A stretch of DNA of 62,719 nt, counting the filler, from Basidiobolus ranarum (Eukaryota), in assembly GCA_040143965.1 (NCBI GenBank). It is 44 parts of 44 records of this genome, joined end to end, with 100 filler letters (N's around TTAATTAATTAA, not from the genome) between each part and the next. Parts side by side here need not be neighbours in the genome. Positions count along the whole stretch, not along the records: positions 61,398 to 62,719 come from JASJQH010005548.1; 43 more parts are not named here. One strand, written 5' to 3'. The position numbers were made by a program, and so were the translations under genes. Every line of letters begins with the position of its first letter. Position 1 is the first letter of the stretch. Under the pieces are notes generated by a model, which searched no databases, was not told the origin of the DNA, and saw nothing but the letters and a program-made list of their open reading frames with translations. Shown in pieces: positions 61,758 to 62,719 of this stretch.

Positions 61758-62074
61758 TGTTGGAGGCTCTTGACATAATGGTGGTAGACTTTGAGTATTA
61801 GAGGCAACTTATGATAGTGTGTTTTAGTTACGTTATTCTTAAGAGTACATTGTGATATATATAGTAGTAAAGTAAATCAATTATTTGAGATTTTAAGGAG
61901 TATGTGTAATAAAATATAATAGATATATGGGGATAATAAGATATACTTGTTATATAGACATAGATATATTCCTATTTAAATTATGGGGGCTATGGATATG
62001 TTGCTTTCTATTTCTGATATATGTATCATAACTAAAGTTAACTCTGATCTTGAATTAAGATTAATTATCCAACA
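61758..62074 (+). mobile_element. Complete solo LTR, family E (317 bp)
   Basis: TGTTGGA...TCCAACA inverted termini; perfect TTATG target-site duplication. Confidence 0.92.
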
Positions 62075-62076
62075 TT

Positions 62077-62719
62077 ATGTCTACACCAGCCTCCCCCCCA
62101 ATGGAAGATATCATGCAAGCTCTTACTCAGCTTCAGCAAGAAAATCAAGAACTTGGTGCTTCTCTTGCTCAAGTACAGAATCCAGCTCCACCCAACTATC
62201 CTGCAACTCCAACTCCTGAACCCAAGATCACCTTACCAAATAAGTTTGATGGCACTTGCCAAAACTATCATGGTTTTATTAACCACATAAACTTATCATC
62301 CAGCTTCATCCCCATTGCTTCCCCTCTGACCAAACAAAAGTAGGCCTAGTGGGAACACTATGATCAGGAATAGCTCTAACTTGACTTTCTTCTTTGATGG
62401 AGAGTCAATCTCCACTCCTTTCAAACTTCTTTGCCCTTCTTGTTGAACTTGAAGCCACATTTGGAAATGCAAATAAGGAAAGAAAGTTGTCACCAAGCTC
62501 TGAGCACTTAAACAAGGGTCAAAGCCTACCCTGATCAACCAATTCCAATACAAACTCCATGAAAATATTAATGATCCTTTACTCACCATGGCTGACCCAG
62601 CAACCTTGGCTGATGCAATCCATCAGGCAGTTAAATATGAAAACCAGTTGTTTGAAAGACAACAACAATGAAATATGGTGCTTTGCTTTTCTCCTTCGCC
62701 GTCTCCTCGCAGCCCTCCA
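62077..62719 (+). mobile_element. Degenerate Gypsy gag
   Basis: MSTPASPPMEDIMQALTQLQQENQEL...PEPKITLPNKFDGT; matches 20039. Confidence 0.85.

Noticed and set aside
58554-62719. Any gene cluster or synteny between neighbouring contigs
   Set aside because: Contigs are ordered by length, so adjacency across spacers has no biological meaning.

Overview
This window is not contiguous DNA. It is 44 unrelated short contigs (about 1333 falling to about 1322 bp, sorted by length) joined by 100-bp N-TTAATTAATTAA-N spacers, so nothing can be inferred across a spacer. The content is eukaryotic and fungal-like: an RPB2 3' end with a 55-nt GT-AG intron, a mitochondrial-type nad4L, and short introns. An early-diverging fungus is plausible but is only an inference. 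Most contigs are nested, CpG-decayed transposons: several Ty1/Copia families (LTRs A and B, GGTTATGAGCCC primer-binding site), Ty3/Gypsy gag-protease pieces, further LTR families (C, D, E), and one high-copy CACTA/EnSpm-type DNA transposon with CCCTAACA termini. That element can be tiled from overlapping contigs into a ~5.2-kb unit with two divergent ORFs. Host genes seen are RPB2, a CsbD-like cluster, a small SAM methyltransferase head-to-head with a J-domain gene, and a few partial secreted-type ORFs. The best discovery candidates are (1) a ~282-bp LTR family (three copies) that carries a complete 73-nt tRNA-like cloverleaf near its 3' end, (2) the divergent two-gene CACTA element, and (3) a nad4L contig whose upstream 1.17 kb is a dense array of poly-G/poly-C hairpins.
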